Shown one piece after another: positions 36,301 to 50,700 of a stretch of 64,000 nt of DNA. Position numbers and translations under genes: made by a program. The DNA comes from Paraphysomonas bandaiensis (taxonomy: Eukaryota; Protista; Chrysophyceae). The notes beneath the pieces are model-generated. The model had not been told where the DNA came from. It searched no databases and saw nothing but the letters and a program-made list of their open reading frames with translations. Position 1 is the first letter of the stretch. Every line of letters begins with the position of its first letter. The stretch lies in contig CBFFRP010000123.1 of the NCBI GenBank assembly GCA_965644295.1, positions 372,001-436,000 of the forward strand, in the 5' to 3' direction.

Positions 36301-39300
36301 CACACTCTTGTCGACCATAGATAACATGACCCAGTATAGTGAGAAATCAACAGATGTAGAGATACGTCAGTCAGAATCAGATAGTACAATGTGTTTTGCT
36401 CAGCATGTTGCGGGGAAAATGCATGCCCGTAGCCTACCTGGCACTTACCGGAGCACTATCAGTGATGTACGAATCGCGCTGAATTCTTTGGGTGGTATTC
36501 GTGTCTTATTGCCACTGTTTACTCAGTTCGATCAACCTCGAGTGAAACCTGTGAGTGCTGATGGGGCAAGAAGAAAGGGGAGTGGAGAGTTTGAAATTGT
36601 CGATGATGCCGATAGTGATATATGTTCCATTCTACTTGAAGTTATACTGACTCTTCTCGTCAAAACAAGTGAGAATGAAAGTTTTTTGAAAGACTATCAA
36701 GGTGTTGCGTTAATTGCATACTTTTTGGAGCGTATGTCTCCCCAACATATGTCTATGAAGGCCCTCAATCTAGTTTTCCGAATTAGAGATCGCCTTAATT
36801 GGAATACTAGTTATTCGAACGATGTTTTTGAGCATCTACTTCTTAACTTCAAAATATGGGTGTTCACTTCTTTTGAGGTCCAACAGCACCTCCTTCGAGA
36901 GATCGATTCAATTGTGTGCTCGATAGATGCCCGGCATATTCGTGAAATGGGCGTTTTGAATAAATTATTGGATGCCTTATATCTGCTCTATGACTATGAT
37001 AAACCTAAAATTTCGCTTCCTCAATATACCCAGTCCCATGATGATATTGAGACAATTGCAGTAAACCCAGATCGACGATGCGCATCAACATCGAGCTCCA
37101 AGAACTCCTTTTCTGCTGACACACTCCAACAAGATGGATTGCTGGGTTCCGTATACCACGCTGATAAGTGGATACACTATTCCAGTGGGCGAGTTGAGGG
37201 GGTAAAATTGACTGGAAAAAGTTTACACTTAATTCGTGCCCATATATTACGTGTCATTACTAAGATAATTAGAAATGGAAATGGCGATGGTATCGTAGTA
37301 CCCGAAGATGTGGCAGCCCTTGTTCGATATGTGATTGTAACCAGTAGCAGTAAATCTAAAGTTGAAGCATTGTCCGTTCTTCTCAGCTTGCTTAAAGAGG
37401 GAGGTACTAGCACTGCAGCATCCATTCCGAAAGTGTTGCTGGGCCTATCTACCGGAAAGGGGTTATTGGCATTGCTTCCCTTAGTTTCTAATTCGGATGT
37501 ACAGGTCCGCTTGTACACGTTGCTCATTTTGTGTATGAGCCTTAAGCTGGCGGCTGTATATGATGATATTGGCAGATTGGAGATGCTAAAAAACTCATCC
37601 TCCGATGAATTACAACCTCCGATGTCAAATCTATCAGATAGCGGTACACCCATTTCAAAGGAGCCGCCGCTGGATATTCCGACGAGTGTATCGGATGATA
37701 ACGTTCATAATACGCCACAAAGCCCTCCTCCTTCGCGATATTTAACTGAATTTACCACCGCAATTAAAGGAACTCCAGAAGATTCGTCTCAAGTAGACAC
37801 ATTCACAAGACTTGGTCTTCCGAAATCGTCATTAGTTGGAGTTGTGACGTGGGTTCAAGATGAAATTATAAATAGTGTTTCCATGGATGACAGAGATGAG
37901 AATAATTGTCTACCGACGAAGCAAGCTAAAATTGTAGCCCAGGCCCTACAATTCACACTTCTTGGGGAGTCGTGTAGCCATCTACATGTTGAAGTAGACC
38001 GATTTAGTTCTCAGTGCATACATGAAGATGAGAGTGATAGCGAGCTATACGACGCTGCAAGTGAGTCAAGTCGCACCAATGATTCTGTCGATTCCCAACG
38101 TGGTGAAACAATTTACCCGTCTGATATTTCTGCTCTGAACTCACCTGTTGCCTCGCGAGCGTCATTGAGATCTCGCAGTGACAGTGGCAGCAAAGGACTG
38201 TCACCTATTCATAATGTCGCCGAGAAAGAAGGACGGCTAATGGAATCGGCGGTATGTATCCCGATGATATTTCCTGCTATCTTGGGATTAGTAGGGCAAA
38301 AACACGTGCCTGTTTCATTACGGCTCTCTATAATGGTCAATCTGCGGACTTTTATTCTGCAGCATAGTGATAATTGTGATCGTATTTTGAGGATATCTGC
38401 CTGGCAAGATTTCTTTTTTCAATTAATTGTTGAAGAAACATCCCGTGTGAAAGCTGTTGAGAAATCTGCAGATATGAATTGCAAATCTATTCAGCGACAT
38501 TTAGTTAAGGCACATGCACTGATAGATACTTGTCTTCGTACGTTATGTGACATTCAGTTCACAGCAGTTCGAATTGGTAGACCCGTTGGATCTCCGATAA
38601 TTGTTTCCCCCGTAGGAGTGTCAGGAAAACTGACGTCTCAGCTGACCGTTGATAGAATATTCAAAGAAACCAAATGTGGACAACGTCAACTCGGAGTGTC
38701 TGTGCTGCGTGAAACAATGTCTTTCTTACGCATTTATCATGATAAGGAGAAAGGGATTGATATGTACCCAACTGCTTTCAATTTGCTGCAACACACAGTT
38801 AACGCTCTGCAGCGTGAGAGCGATATGCTCTTGTCGTCGAGAAAAAGTGCGGTGGTAGACACAGAAGGGAACGATATGAAGCATTACTTCAAAAAAATTT
38901 TGTCGTTGAATATATGGCTGGTAGGAGCTGTTGTTCTAGAATTTCTTACTTTTCCATTGACGTTAAACACTGCTCCGCTTGTGTCAACCTCACCCACTCT
39001 ACCAGATATGGGTTCACTTGTAGAGGACTATGAGCAGGAGAGTGTGCATCATCCTGGTGACTTGCTGGCCCGGTTAGAACAATCGGATAGCATCCACACG
39101 CACCCCAGAAAATATTTAAGTGGTACGAACGTTGATTTACATCATGAAAGTCTCTTAGAACACCCAAACATTAATGATAAGAAGACATCACGCCCGAATT
39201 CATTGCTTAGAGACACTTTTCGAGAATCAGCGACCTCATTTTCACAATATGAAGAAGTTGTTTGGAATTTAGTGGACTCCTTGATGCATTTAATGGGCCC

Positions 39301-42300
39301 TCTCGGGCCCATGGCAACTAATCCAATACCATCTCATGGCGGAAAGAGCCAAATCGCCAACCAGGTGGGTTATTTGACGGGTCAGAAATCTGCGTCGGTG
39401 GTGGATCAAAGCATTCGTGAAATTGTGTCACCTGGTGGGTTATCATATTCTGCTTCCATGGGAACTAATAACACTTCTCAAAGTAGCAGTAAAAAGCCCA
39501 CCGGCTTTAATCAGGCTGCTGGTGGTGTATGTTGGATAATGATTAGAGTATTATGCTCTGTATTCACGCATGGTGGTATGGTGGCTGATGCAGAAGTCTC
39601 GATAGAAAGCAACAAACCCATGCTTGCATTAATGCAGCTCAAAGCCCTAGTTTCCTGCATATGCGACCAGAATTTGGAGAATTTCGGGTTTGAAATAAAT
39701 AATATCATTGGACGATTGAGTGCTGTGCTACAAGTGTCCACATTGACAGTGGAGAGCGAATGGGTGCGCGGTGCAGTAAATCTACTGATGGATTTAGTAT
39801 CGCTGCAGCGGGGAACTCTACTCACCTTGATTATGTCTTCCAACCCTCACGAAGGGGTGTATCTGTCAGGAGATGATGATACACGGCCCAGCGTGTTTGC
39901 GAGTGCTATGTCTGCTGTCCGTACATCCACAGCCCTCTCACGATTCGGTTCTAAAGAAATAGACCACTGCATTCAATCAGGAACGCCGGACTCACTTCCT
40001 GATTTCATGAAATTACTTAACGACTACTCTGAAAAACCGCCAGATTCGTACAGCACTGCGGATATCACTCTTGATGCTATTCGCACAGCACTTGGCCTTC
40101 CACCAGATTTTCGCTTGAGTTGGGATATGTGGACATCCGTAATGATACCCGTAATGGAAGAGGCCGACGAGGTTGAAAACGAATTTAGACGTGAACGTTT
40201 GACGGAAATGGGTTTACACAAGCACTCCGAAGAGGTGCGATTTCAGCTTCAGCAACAACGAGCTTTGGAATCCAAAGTATTCCAAGAGGTTGCGCATCAC
40301 TCTGCAGCTGCACATGTTCACATCAGTGAGGTTCGAATGAAGTCGCTCCGCGAGCAGTTAAGGGTCATGGAAGCGAATGATAGACGGATTATATCTAAGT
40401 GGAATCACATTATATCTCACCTGGCAAACGAGCGTGGTCCTTGGGGATTTGGTAACGACGCCAATGCAGATGTGTTTTGGATGGTTGATAGGACGGAATC
40501 GAATATGCGGACGACTCCTGTGCTGCGTCGGAACGAATCTGGAACCCGCCACCAGGTCGCATCCTTTTTATCGCGCGGAAAGAGTGATACAACGAGTGCT
40601 ATAAGTGTTAGCGACGACTCAACATTAGAAGCTGAAAAACGGCGCCCACTGAGCGCAATAATTTCTCCTCAAGGTTTGTGGAGAGATTTAATGAAGTATC
40701 AGAAGAAAAACAGTGAAACGGATGCTTTGTTAGATATGAATGATAAATTAGACTTAGAAGATGATGTTGACGAGTCCAAAGAAACTACTCCTGAGGGGAA
40801 AGTTCTCTTTCGCGCTGCCGTTGAGATAATTACAAATGCTACAAATTCAGCTGGAGGTAGTACTCATGGCACTGTTGAGATAACTAAGACGAAAATGACC
40901 TTTACTCGATCGTCAGATGAAAGTTTTAGCTTCCAAAATAAAACCAACAACACGGAATTTCTATGGGCATGTCAGTGTTTCCCCTCTACTACATGGAACA
41001 CAGCTGATATCATCAATATATATTGCCGAAATTATCAGTTGCGTTTCGTTGCAGTTGAGATATTTTTTACTTCTCGGTTGTCGGTGTTTATTAATCTATT
41101 TGAGAATACGAATCAGCGACAGTTAGTAGACTGTATCAGAAGACAGGTGAAGCCACCATACATTCAACCGCACTATGGTTATCGGCCGAGTAGTATTATC
41201 AGTCGTGCTGTGCATCAAGCGTCCGGTCGAACTATGACCCAGGCTTGGGTGCATCGAGACATTTCGAATTATGAGTACCTGATGTATCTCAATACTGTCG
41301 CTGGACGATCTTTTAATGATATGAGTCAGTATCCTGTTTTCCCGTGGGTTATTTCAAACTATACATCTTCTAAACTAAATCTCACCGACCCTAAGAACTT
41401 TCGCGATTTAAGCTGGTCGATGGGTGCTCAGAATGAGTCTCAACGTGAGATATTTATGCAGAAGTATCGCGATTTAGAGGACTGTTACTACTCTGCGCTG
41501 GAAGAACGGAAGCATACACACGATCCCAGCATGGCACCTGACTGCCTGCCCCCTTTTCATTACGGTTCTCATTTTTCGACGATGGGCTTTGTGTTATGGT
41601 ATCTCATCCGTATGGAGCCTTTTACATCATTAAATATTTGGATGCAAGACGGTCGGTTCGACAAGCCTGATCGAATATTTGATACGATTGAGCTATGCTA
41701 CCGTGGGTGTACGTCGAACCAAGCTGATGTGAAGGAACTTATACCCGAATTTTTTTATTGTCCCGAGTTCCTGGAAAACGTTAATGGAATATCAATGGGA
41801 ACTACAAGTGCCAATAAGGAACTTGGCCCTGTAGGATTACCTCCTTGGGCAAAAAATCCACACGATTTTATTCGGCAGCACAGAAACGCATTGGAGAGTG
41901 AATATGTCAGTGCATTTCTACACAACTGGATTGATTTAGTGTTCGGGTACAAACAGAGACCTCCTCACATGGGCGGGTCGGAGGCTGCTGTGCATGCATG
42001 CAATGTGTATTTTCACTTGACTTATGCTGGTGCAGTGGATTTAGATGATTTGCGAGAGAATGATGTGCCTTTATATAACCAAATGGTTCGTCAGATTGAC
42101 AATTATGGACAAACGCCCACCCAACTGTTTACCCGCCCCCACCCTCAAAGGCAGCCTCTCGATAAGGTAGACATAGTCTGGCCTCTCGCCTCAGTTGTTC
42201 TAGGGGCAGACACGATTCGAAAAGGTGCACCACTACCGGAGCGTCCCCATCGTGTTGTGTGTTTCAAGGAACATGTTGTATCTGTCTGTCCGGTGGTTTA

Positions 42301-43982
42301 TATAGCGGAGAGCACATCGTGGGATAAGCTGATAACAATTGACTCGTCTCGCATTGTAGCCACTCATTTTTGGCAAATTCGGCCGCCTGATGTAGTGCCA
42401 CCTTTTCAGTTCAAACCAGACACAATTGCTCTGAAATACTCCCAAGGAACGTCAACTGGAGGATTCAATATGTCGACTCTGCGGTTAGTGCAATACAATT
42501 CAGCCACGAGAGAGCGTCGTATTGGCGCCCCATTTGCGCCCCACCAACTTTTACGCTCTGACTACGTGCAGGATACGTCATTGCGCAGAATAAAAATTCC
42601 AGCGGGCAACAAGGCGTTGTTTGAGAAAGAAGAAGCTGCCAGGTCAAATTGGCGTGTAAGATCTCAGACGCGAGGAATGTCTGTGAGCAGTGCCTCTACT
42701 TCCAATACCTCTGAGCGTAAGCGCACGAATACAGAATCTGATGTGGAAGAAGAGTCTGGCCTCAACCTATCTGACCGAGAGGGGGTTGGCGTACGTGGCA
42801 CAAGTTCAGAGCAAGCGCCCCCATTGGTATTAAATCGTGTGGATGAGCATATATCGAGTCACTTATTTGCGGTTTTACCTGAGCATCGTCTTGTGTTCAG
42901 TTGTGGACACTGGGATTACTCTTTTAAGGCAACTGCAATTGATTCAGGTCGCTTACTTCAATCCGTGTCCCAACATCGTGATGTAGTGACCTGTATGGAC
43001 ATCGCTACAGATTTTCAATATACTTGGTTGGTCACAGGATCCCGTGATTGCACGTTAGTGATATGGGATGTTAATCCCCATGCGGATCGCCCGATTTCAC
43101 AGCAACCAAAACATGTTTTGTACGGTCATGATGATGCGGTGAATTGTGTAGCTGTCAATGCAGAGTTAGATGTTGTTGCCAGCGGGTCTGATGATGGGAC
43201 GATTATAGTTCACAAACTTAGAGAAGGTATATATATACGCTCTATATCAGTCGAGCCAAGTCCTGTAGGACCGAACTCGTCCCCGTCTCCTTCAAGTAGT
43301 GGAGGCAAAGTCTCTTCCTGGCGTGGCGTGTCATCAGTGTCACCTGATGGGCCAACCAAGTTGCTGCGCTCTGGCTCTGACATGTCCACAACTTCGGAGG
43401 TTTCAGTGGGTTCAGCACACCCTGAACGAAGTGTCAACCGCACCTTCCTTATATCTAAACGGCGAGTTCACTTTGTTGGTATTTCCACAGAAGGGTTCTT
43501 GGTGGCCTATTCGAATGACGACTCAGCACTATACACTTTTTCAATCAATGGACGTCCTCAGGCTAGAAAGCACAGCGGTGAAAGGCTTCATGCGTTTTGC
43601 ATGTCGGAAGACGGTCGTGTTTTGGTCACTGGGGGGGAGCGTGGTCTGCTAGTAATGAGGTCGATTCATTCTCTAGAATTGTCTAATGTGGGTTCCAAAT
43701 GGGAGTTTGATGCAGTATTAGACGGTCAAAATGTCGAAGAACAGACGAAGCCGTTTAATTCTCCTATTCGGAGCATATACTTAACCAAACATGAGCGTCA
43801 CCTGATAGTAGGCTTGGAAAATGGGGAGCTGAGAATTCTTGCGCAGGTGCGATAAGTGTCCACTAAATATATATGTGTGTTTATATATATGTTGTTATGA
43901 TTGTTGACTGCAGGATTCGGACTATCTTCGCAAAAGGCTTCATTCCAAATTAATGGAAATTGGAATTATAGAGAATATATAG
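30370..43982 (+). CDS. Giant BEACH-domain protein (ConA/LamG-like, DUF4704-like, PH-BEACH-WD40; neurobeachin/LvsC-like), ~4400 aa
   Basis: ISNYEYLMYLNTVAGRSFNDMSQYPVFPWV, HYGSHFS, DVKELIPEFFY, WIDLVFGYKQ, YGQTPTQLF and WD40 repeats. Three small 5' exons, one ~13-kb exon (~30830-43846) and a short last exon. Confidence 0.95.
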
Positions 43983-44769
43983 CAGAAATATTCATGTTGT
44001 TAAAAGGATATATATGTCGAATCTTCTGTTCACTCAGTGTGTAGATTAAGAATAATAAATATGTTAGTCGAAGAATTATGAAACCCTCTAGAAGAGTGTT
44101 GTGTACTCGGTACGTTGATACAATGGGGTTAGTACTGGATTAAGTTTTATTCTGCCTGCCTACGATATAAACTTGGCAGGGACCTAGACAGAGTTTGATA
44201 TGCGAGTTATTCTTTTGCAACAAATCGTCAATTAAAGAACTCGCATGCGGTTTAGACAAGTTTATGCTATAACTATCCCCAAATTATCAAATTATGCTAC
44301 AAACCGAATCAGGCTATCGAATACAGACCTCAAAAAAAAGCGGAACATAACAGTTGCCTGGAAAGTTGGGGCATTGCAGAAAACCGATCCTGAGAGTGTA
44401 ACAGCGCTAGATAAACATCGAAAGCCTACACTATAGCCGTATCGGGTAGACACAGTTTGTTAGTTTATTGTCAGCTTGTGCAAGAGTAGACTACGGCACA
44501 CCAGTTACTTACGTGTTGTACTGCGTGTTGCACTGTTGGCGACGCATTCACTCACCACGTTCAGTTCTACGAGATGCCTCCAGTGGCAGTCGAGTATGAT
44601 TTCTCCATCGCAAGATCGCTTTCACTGTGTCGGAGCCTGGCTGGTAATACTTTTACTCCCACAGTTTAGTGCTTCCCTTCTAGATAGAAACAATGGTACT
44701 GACTAAGTTTATTATTTTTGGAAGTTTACCCTCCAAGCATTTGGAAGTACACACTCTCTACAAATCAAA

Positions 44770-45694
44770 ATAGTTATATTTAACCATGGGCAATAAGGAG
44801 GCTATATCGTCCCGCGCTCTAAATTTCGAAACGTCGGTGATAAGCCCGAGTTTTAGTATTTAGACAAGGGACGATATAGCCTCCTTATCCCGAGCCTATA
44901 TTGTAGCTTATCCTCATGATGTTGAACACTTAATATTATGTTGTATAGCTATTAGTAGCTTGCTCGCTGTAGAAAGAAATAGGTACTCCCTGATTAGCAT
45001 TAAGAAAACATATGAGAAGTAATATTGTTTCACATCAGTGGTATGTATACTTTGTGTGCTTAGGGAATAGCAATTGCACTATAGATCAACTCAAACATAA
45101 ACTCCCAAATTTTTAAGTATGATAGCTACAACAAATGTACTCATACCACAAATTACTGCAAATAACTGCGTATATAAGTGTGATGATGAATGTGAACAGT
45201 TGTAGTCGCACGAAAGGCTTCTTTTTGCTTTAGTTAGCATCATCACCATACGCTTAACCTCTGTTAGTGCAGCTGATTGAATGATGTGTGTATGATATGA
45301 GGCGCACAATATCCTGATAAGCACAATGTGACCCAAACCCGGAAAAGAACTAGATGTCACTACCCTTAGCCACCTCTACAGCATCAGATATGGCACTTAT
45401 ACTATTCTGAAAATATCTTGAAGTTGTTTCGCAGGCCTGGATATGAAGATACATCGCTTGCACTGATAACATTATGATCTTCTACAGCAGAAGAAATATG
45501 GAATATAACTTGGAGTGTTTGACGATCAGCTTTGAATAGTTGATCCATGATTGTGGTTTATTTACAATCGTGTAATATAATGAAGTCACATACATACGTG
45601 TGACTGTCATTATCATAATTAAGATAGAAATGAGTTTCTGTTGGACCGAATATTGAAGTTGAATGTCCATATTTAAGTTGAATATCGAAGTTGA
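44770..45694 (+). mobile_element. Crypton-like non-autonomous element, copy B (3' end replaced by ribozyme repeat copy 4)
   Basis: Perfect 21-bp inverted repeat ATAAGGAGGCTATATCGTCCC (44793-44813 / 44868-44888); body homologous to copy A. Confidence 0.6.
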
Positions 45695-45895
45695 ATCGTC
45701 AGGGTCCAAAGACGTCTACACAAGTGACACTTATATTAGTGTCCCTTGTGCCATACAAGCATTTGACTATGAGTGGGCAGAAAATTATCTGCAGTCTATG
45801 TTTGCGGCTCACGTTAGTTTCCCGAAGTAATATTTCCGGTACTAACTGTATTCCCCATAACACTGCGAGAAGGTGCGAGTCCGACTTTGTTGAGG
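45695..45895 (-). mobile_element. Ribozyme-headed repeat, copy 4 (3'-truncated); HDV-like part 45805-45895
   Basis: The reverse complement reads CCTCAACAAAGTCGGACTCGC-ACC-TTCTCGC-AGT-GTTATGG-GG...CTAAC-GTGAGCCG. This L3 is the closest to the HDV consensus. Confidence 0.85.
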
Positions 45896-46382
45896 GTAGC
45901 AGATCTATCACGAACCACCTTAGTTATAGCACATAATATTCGGGAGAATTCGTAATCAACTTTGTTGCTGCTGTGCGCTGTGTATGACCGAGCCCACGTC
46001 TTCTGCAACTCGAGAGGTCCTCGGCTGTTATTTCAAAGACCTTGATCCATTACTAGGGTGAATAAGATGACTTCGCCTCCCAGTAGTGCGTAATACCGTC
46101 GTCAGATATCACTTGCCCTACAATATGATATTATACATACAACTAATATCAAGTAGTCTCACTCTATGTACCCACTAGAACCCCGACAAGAATACTTCGT
46201 GGCACAGTGGTGCCCCACTCGGAGACAGGGGCTTGACTGATGATTCTGCAGACTGGGTATAACTGGTATGTGGCTAGGCTGTTCTGAGGCTGGTAATACG
46301 GCCCTTTTACCCATGATAGATTGTAATCCTTGGAGCGGATGCATCCCGTTAACTATCTCCTTTATATATAATATGTCAGTTG

Positions 46383-46974
46383 AAATGCTTGTTAAATTAA
46401 GTCACATATACTTATAAATATATATTGAATTCACCTTATTATGGGGAGCTTGCTTCTTAATTCCGTTTTAGGATATAAGTGCAAGTATCAACCGAATAAT
46501 AAGCAGTTCAAAATATTCCTCGATAAGAATTACTTCCCCAACGTCCAGTTTGGAAATGAGGCAACCGCGGCGGCACTTTACTGCCCCATCGCAAGATATT
46601 CCCGGCAAAACCCGTTGAAAACATCTCTGTCTTCTCTAGGTTGTTCGTCAGAAGACTGACATTTATAAGATGATAATGATCTGCTGCAGAATCTTGAAAC
46701 CGTTTCTGACGAACAACCTAGAGAAGACAGAGATGTTTTCAACGGGTTTTGCCGGGAATATCTTGCGATGGGGCAGCAAAGTGCCGCCGTGGTTGCCTCA
46801 TTTCCAAACTGGACGTTGGGGAAGTAATTCTTATCGAGGAATATTTTGAACTGCTTATTATTCGGTTGATACTTGCACTTATATCCTAAAACGGAATTAA
46901 GAAGCAAGCTCCCCATAATAAGGTGAATTCAATATATATTTATAAGTATATGCGACTTAATTTAACAAGCATTT
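46383..46974. repeat. Long inverted repeat: 271-bp arms (46383-46653 / 46704-46974), 50-bp spacer
   Basis: Arms are reverse complements with three transitions found by eye. Confidence 0.97.
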
Positions 46975-47700
46975 GTACCGAATGAAACAATGCTTCAAAG
47001 CTGTGTCGTAACCGCGATTTCGTCATCGAGGTATTTGATTGATTGAGAGTCTGTTATTTATTACATGTCTCATATAGTTTCCAGAGGCGTAATAAATAGG
47101 TGCGAAAGGTGGCTGATAATAAAAACGAAAATTAGATTATGCTACCTATCATGCTCTTTATACCGACCAGGCTCCCTAATGCGATTAAGTACAAAGAAAT
47201 AGGACCCACCTATAGCTGGTCTTGCCTCTTATTAGTACTACACGTACAGGTTACATATGTTCGCTATTTAGGTAGCTTGTGCTTAGTTGGTGAACTACCT
47301 ATACTTTCCAACTAGTAGTGTAGTCTACCCAAATTTGGAGGTTAATTTTTGAACCCTCAATATTTCAATATTTTTTTTCAAAAATATTCACACTATAAGT
47401 CGAAGCAGGAAGGTGTTTCAGCACAACCGTACAAGGATGTACTATCAAGCAGCACCTTTAGAAAGTATTTTCCAGTTAGTAACATTATCTCATTGGAAGT
47501 CTGAAACCCTAGCTCAAAGTTGAGAATAAGAATTGGTATACTGCATTCGCTGAGTAGAATACTTTCTACTACATTGTAAAGCAAACTAGCAAAGGGTACG
47601 TGTCTCATACCTACACAAAACTACACACGAAAGAATAAATCACACGATTCAACATAAATTAACTCTAGCCTTTATCAAAGCGTTTACAATCTCTACCACT

Positions 47701-50700
47701 TTATTTTTCACATATGAAAATATTTTCATCCTCCATTTCGCGAATCCGCTCATAATCTGCAGATACTTGAGCATCCAGACTGTGTGCAAGCATAATAACT
47801 CCAGCTAATGTGAAGCAATCAATGGTTTTTTTGATCATATCACCTGGCTTTAAGAATATTTCCATGCGTATAAATGATCGCATTCGACGAATTTCCTCAA
47901 TAAAATACGGATTTATTTCTGTGAGTATACCAGATACTTTGCACACTAGACACAACAATCTACCGTGTCCAACGCGATTTAATGGCTTGAAGAGACAACA
48001 TTAATACAGCATTATGCAATCAACAACACTTAAAAGTGAAAACTATGCAAATTCGCTAGACAAGGTATAAACAGCTGCACTAAACTTTTGGCACTTACCT
48101 CAGGCGGTATATTGTCGAAAGAGATTTTTGACAGAGGTACATATACACAGGCTGTAGCTTCGACTTGATTATATCCATATACTCGATTGGCGACGTCAAC
48201 CCAAGTCCCTTCACCTCCGTGGCACCTCGCACCAACTTCCACCAGAACTGGTTCGTTTCCGAACCATTTCACTTCTCCGTGACTCGGACCGTGCTTGATA
48301 CCTAGGGCATTCAATACATCCCTCTGATAAGCAATGAGCTCTTGACACCTCTCGGCTGTGGCTAAGACTGGAATGTATCCGTGCAGCACAAAGGACGCAC
48401 CGTTCACTGGACGTTTATCACATTCCCATATTGCAACAACCTTATGTTCTCCATCCCGACTCACCATATCAATGACATACTCCTGGCCGTCTAAATATTC
48501 TTGTACGAGCACAGCTTTGTTAACTAGGCCCAATCCATTCACTTTGCCCATGATATGTCGAAATGCGATCTTGACGTCATCAGCACTAGAGCAAAAGGTA
48601 ACATCTTCCGACCCTGCACTGTCAACAGGCTTCACCACCGCGGCAAAAGGAACAGGATTCCATTCGTTCAAGAAGACAGCGACATCATTCCAAGAACATG
48701 CTTTTAACTGTTTTACAGCCCGCACTCCAGCTTTGCGAATAGTCTCCCCCATACAATACTTATTTCGACGAGATTCGCTTAAATCTGTGCCATTCGAGCG
48801 CAAACCAAGGTGGCTCGACAGCTTGTCAGCCAGTTCCACACCAGTCTCCGCTCCTGCAATCACGGCAATCACATCATACTCAATCGAATTTAGCTGACTG
48901 ACAACACCCTCAAATCCATCATCATATGTTACAATACTTTCAAAAGCTAGATCAATGCCTTGCGGGATGAGGTTTTTCATAGTAGACAATTGCTCCATAT
49001 TAGCGCTATATACAGCAACGATCTTGTAGTTTTCTTGGTATAGATATGCCGCCAGACTGGCCCCAGTTGAAAAAGGGTCGACCACAGCTACGCATTGCTC
49101 CTTCGGCTGAGGATCTGGGAGAGTAATGTCGAACAATGAAGCATGCTCCAACTCCTCCACCCTAGTACCACCGTATAAGAAAAGCACTCACACCCACAAA
49201 AACCCACCGTTTGTATTCCTGACAGAGAATCTGTGAACTGGAATGACACATCTTCACACATCCCATCCATGTAAAGCAGTCTCGAGTCGCCTTCACATTC
49301 GAACCAGGTTGCACAAAGAATTGGTGGCCCATATAAGAAGTCATCTGCGTCAACTGCAGCACTGCACTGGGCCGAAATCTCTCCAACACACCGTCTTGAT
49401 GATTGACGAGATACTTAACACATCCTTGGCGTCCTTTGAATACAGGCTGAAAGCAACAATTATAAGCCTACATGTCCACAATTCTGATTACCTTGGTCGG
49501 AATGCAAGAGAATTCGTTATTCGAGAGGTACGCTGAAACGGTGACGCTAAGTTGATTATAGCCCACAGTTTGATCCTACGGATTCAATTAGTATTCATAA
49601 GGTAGTATAAGCTATCAAGTCAAAATGAACAAAATACACTACGTCACAAGGTAAGGCATTCCACTATCCATGCGAAGACGTAGGGCCTTGAGATGTGTCA
49701 ATAACTCACCGCAACATCTGCCCACATCCCAGATCCTCCATGACATCTAGCTGCAATTTCTATAAGAACAGGCTCTCCATTGCACCATATGACTTCCGCA
49801 TGACTAGGTCCGTGTGATATCCCTAATGCTTGACAGACTTTGTGAACGTAGGCTATCATCGGATCCACTGGTACTGTGGGGTCATCAGCGGAAACAAGTC
49901 TATATCCAAAACACACAAACGATGCGCCGTTCACTGCTCTGCGGTCATATTCCCATATTGCAACAACCTTATGTTCTCCATCCCGACTCACCATATCAAT
50001 GACATACTCCTGGCCGTCTAAATATTCTTGTACGAGCACAGCTTTGTTAACTAGGCCCAATCCATTCACTTTGCCCATGATACGCCCGAAAGCGTCTTGC
50101 ACTTCCGAAAAACTTCGACAAAGAATAACATCTTCCGACCCTGCACTGTCAACAGGCTTCACAACTACAGCAAAGGGCTCTGGTTTCCACTCCTCCAAAA
50201 ATGCTGCGATCTCTCCCCACGTTGTGGCCTTGACTTGTTTGGCCGAACGTAGTCCAGAACCACGTATGGTTTCGCCCATTAAATACTTATCTCTACGAGT
50301 TTCGGTTTGCTCGGTACCGTTTGACCGTAGCCCAAGAAAGCTGGAGAGTTTATCAGCTAACTCAACTCCTGTTTCTGCACCAGCCAATACAGCTAAAACA
50401 GGCCACTGCAACTGAGATATTTCGGCACACATTTGTTCCATCGATAATGCATAATCACCCAAGGTTTTCAAAGAAAACGTTGCAGCAAAAGTTCCTTGTA
50501 AATCGACGGGGACCATATCTAGAAGTACTTTGGAATCACTCGATAGAACACAAACAACTTTGTACCCAGCACGCGACAGCTCGTACGCTAGCACAGCTCC
50601 TGTAGAAAATGTGTCAACAACAATAACTGCCTTTCCCCCCTCGCTATCTTCAGATTTTTCTTCGTGAATTGTAGGGAAGCGTAAGGTGCTGGAATATGAT

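Noticed and set aside
30970-43652. Numerous short antisense or alternate-frame ORFs inside BEACH, MLH1 and other genes
   Set aside because: Expected shadows of long coding regions, with no independent motifs.
44100-44760. Coding-like stretch after the BEACH gene (similar ones at 21320-21740 and 45900-46370)
   Set aside because: Many stops and no recognisable motif. These are possibly relics but cannot be assigned.
46441-46916. Twin ORFs MGSLLLNSVLG... on opposite strands; MITE interpretation
   Set aside because: The ORFs simply mirror the palindrome. No TSD or recognisable TIR family ends are present.
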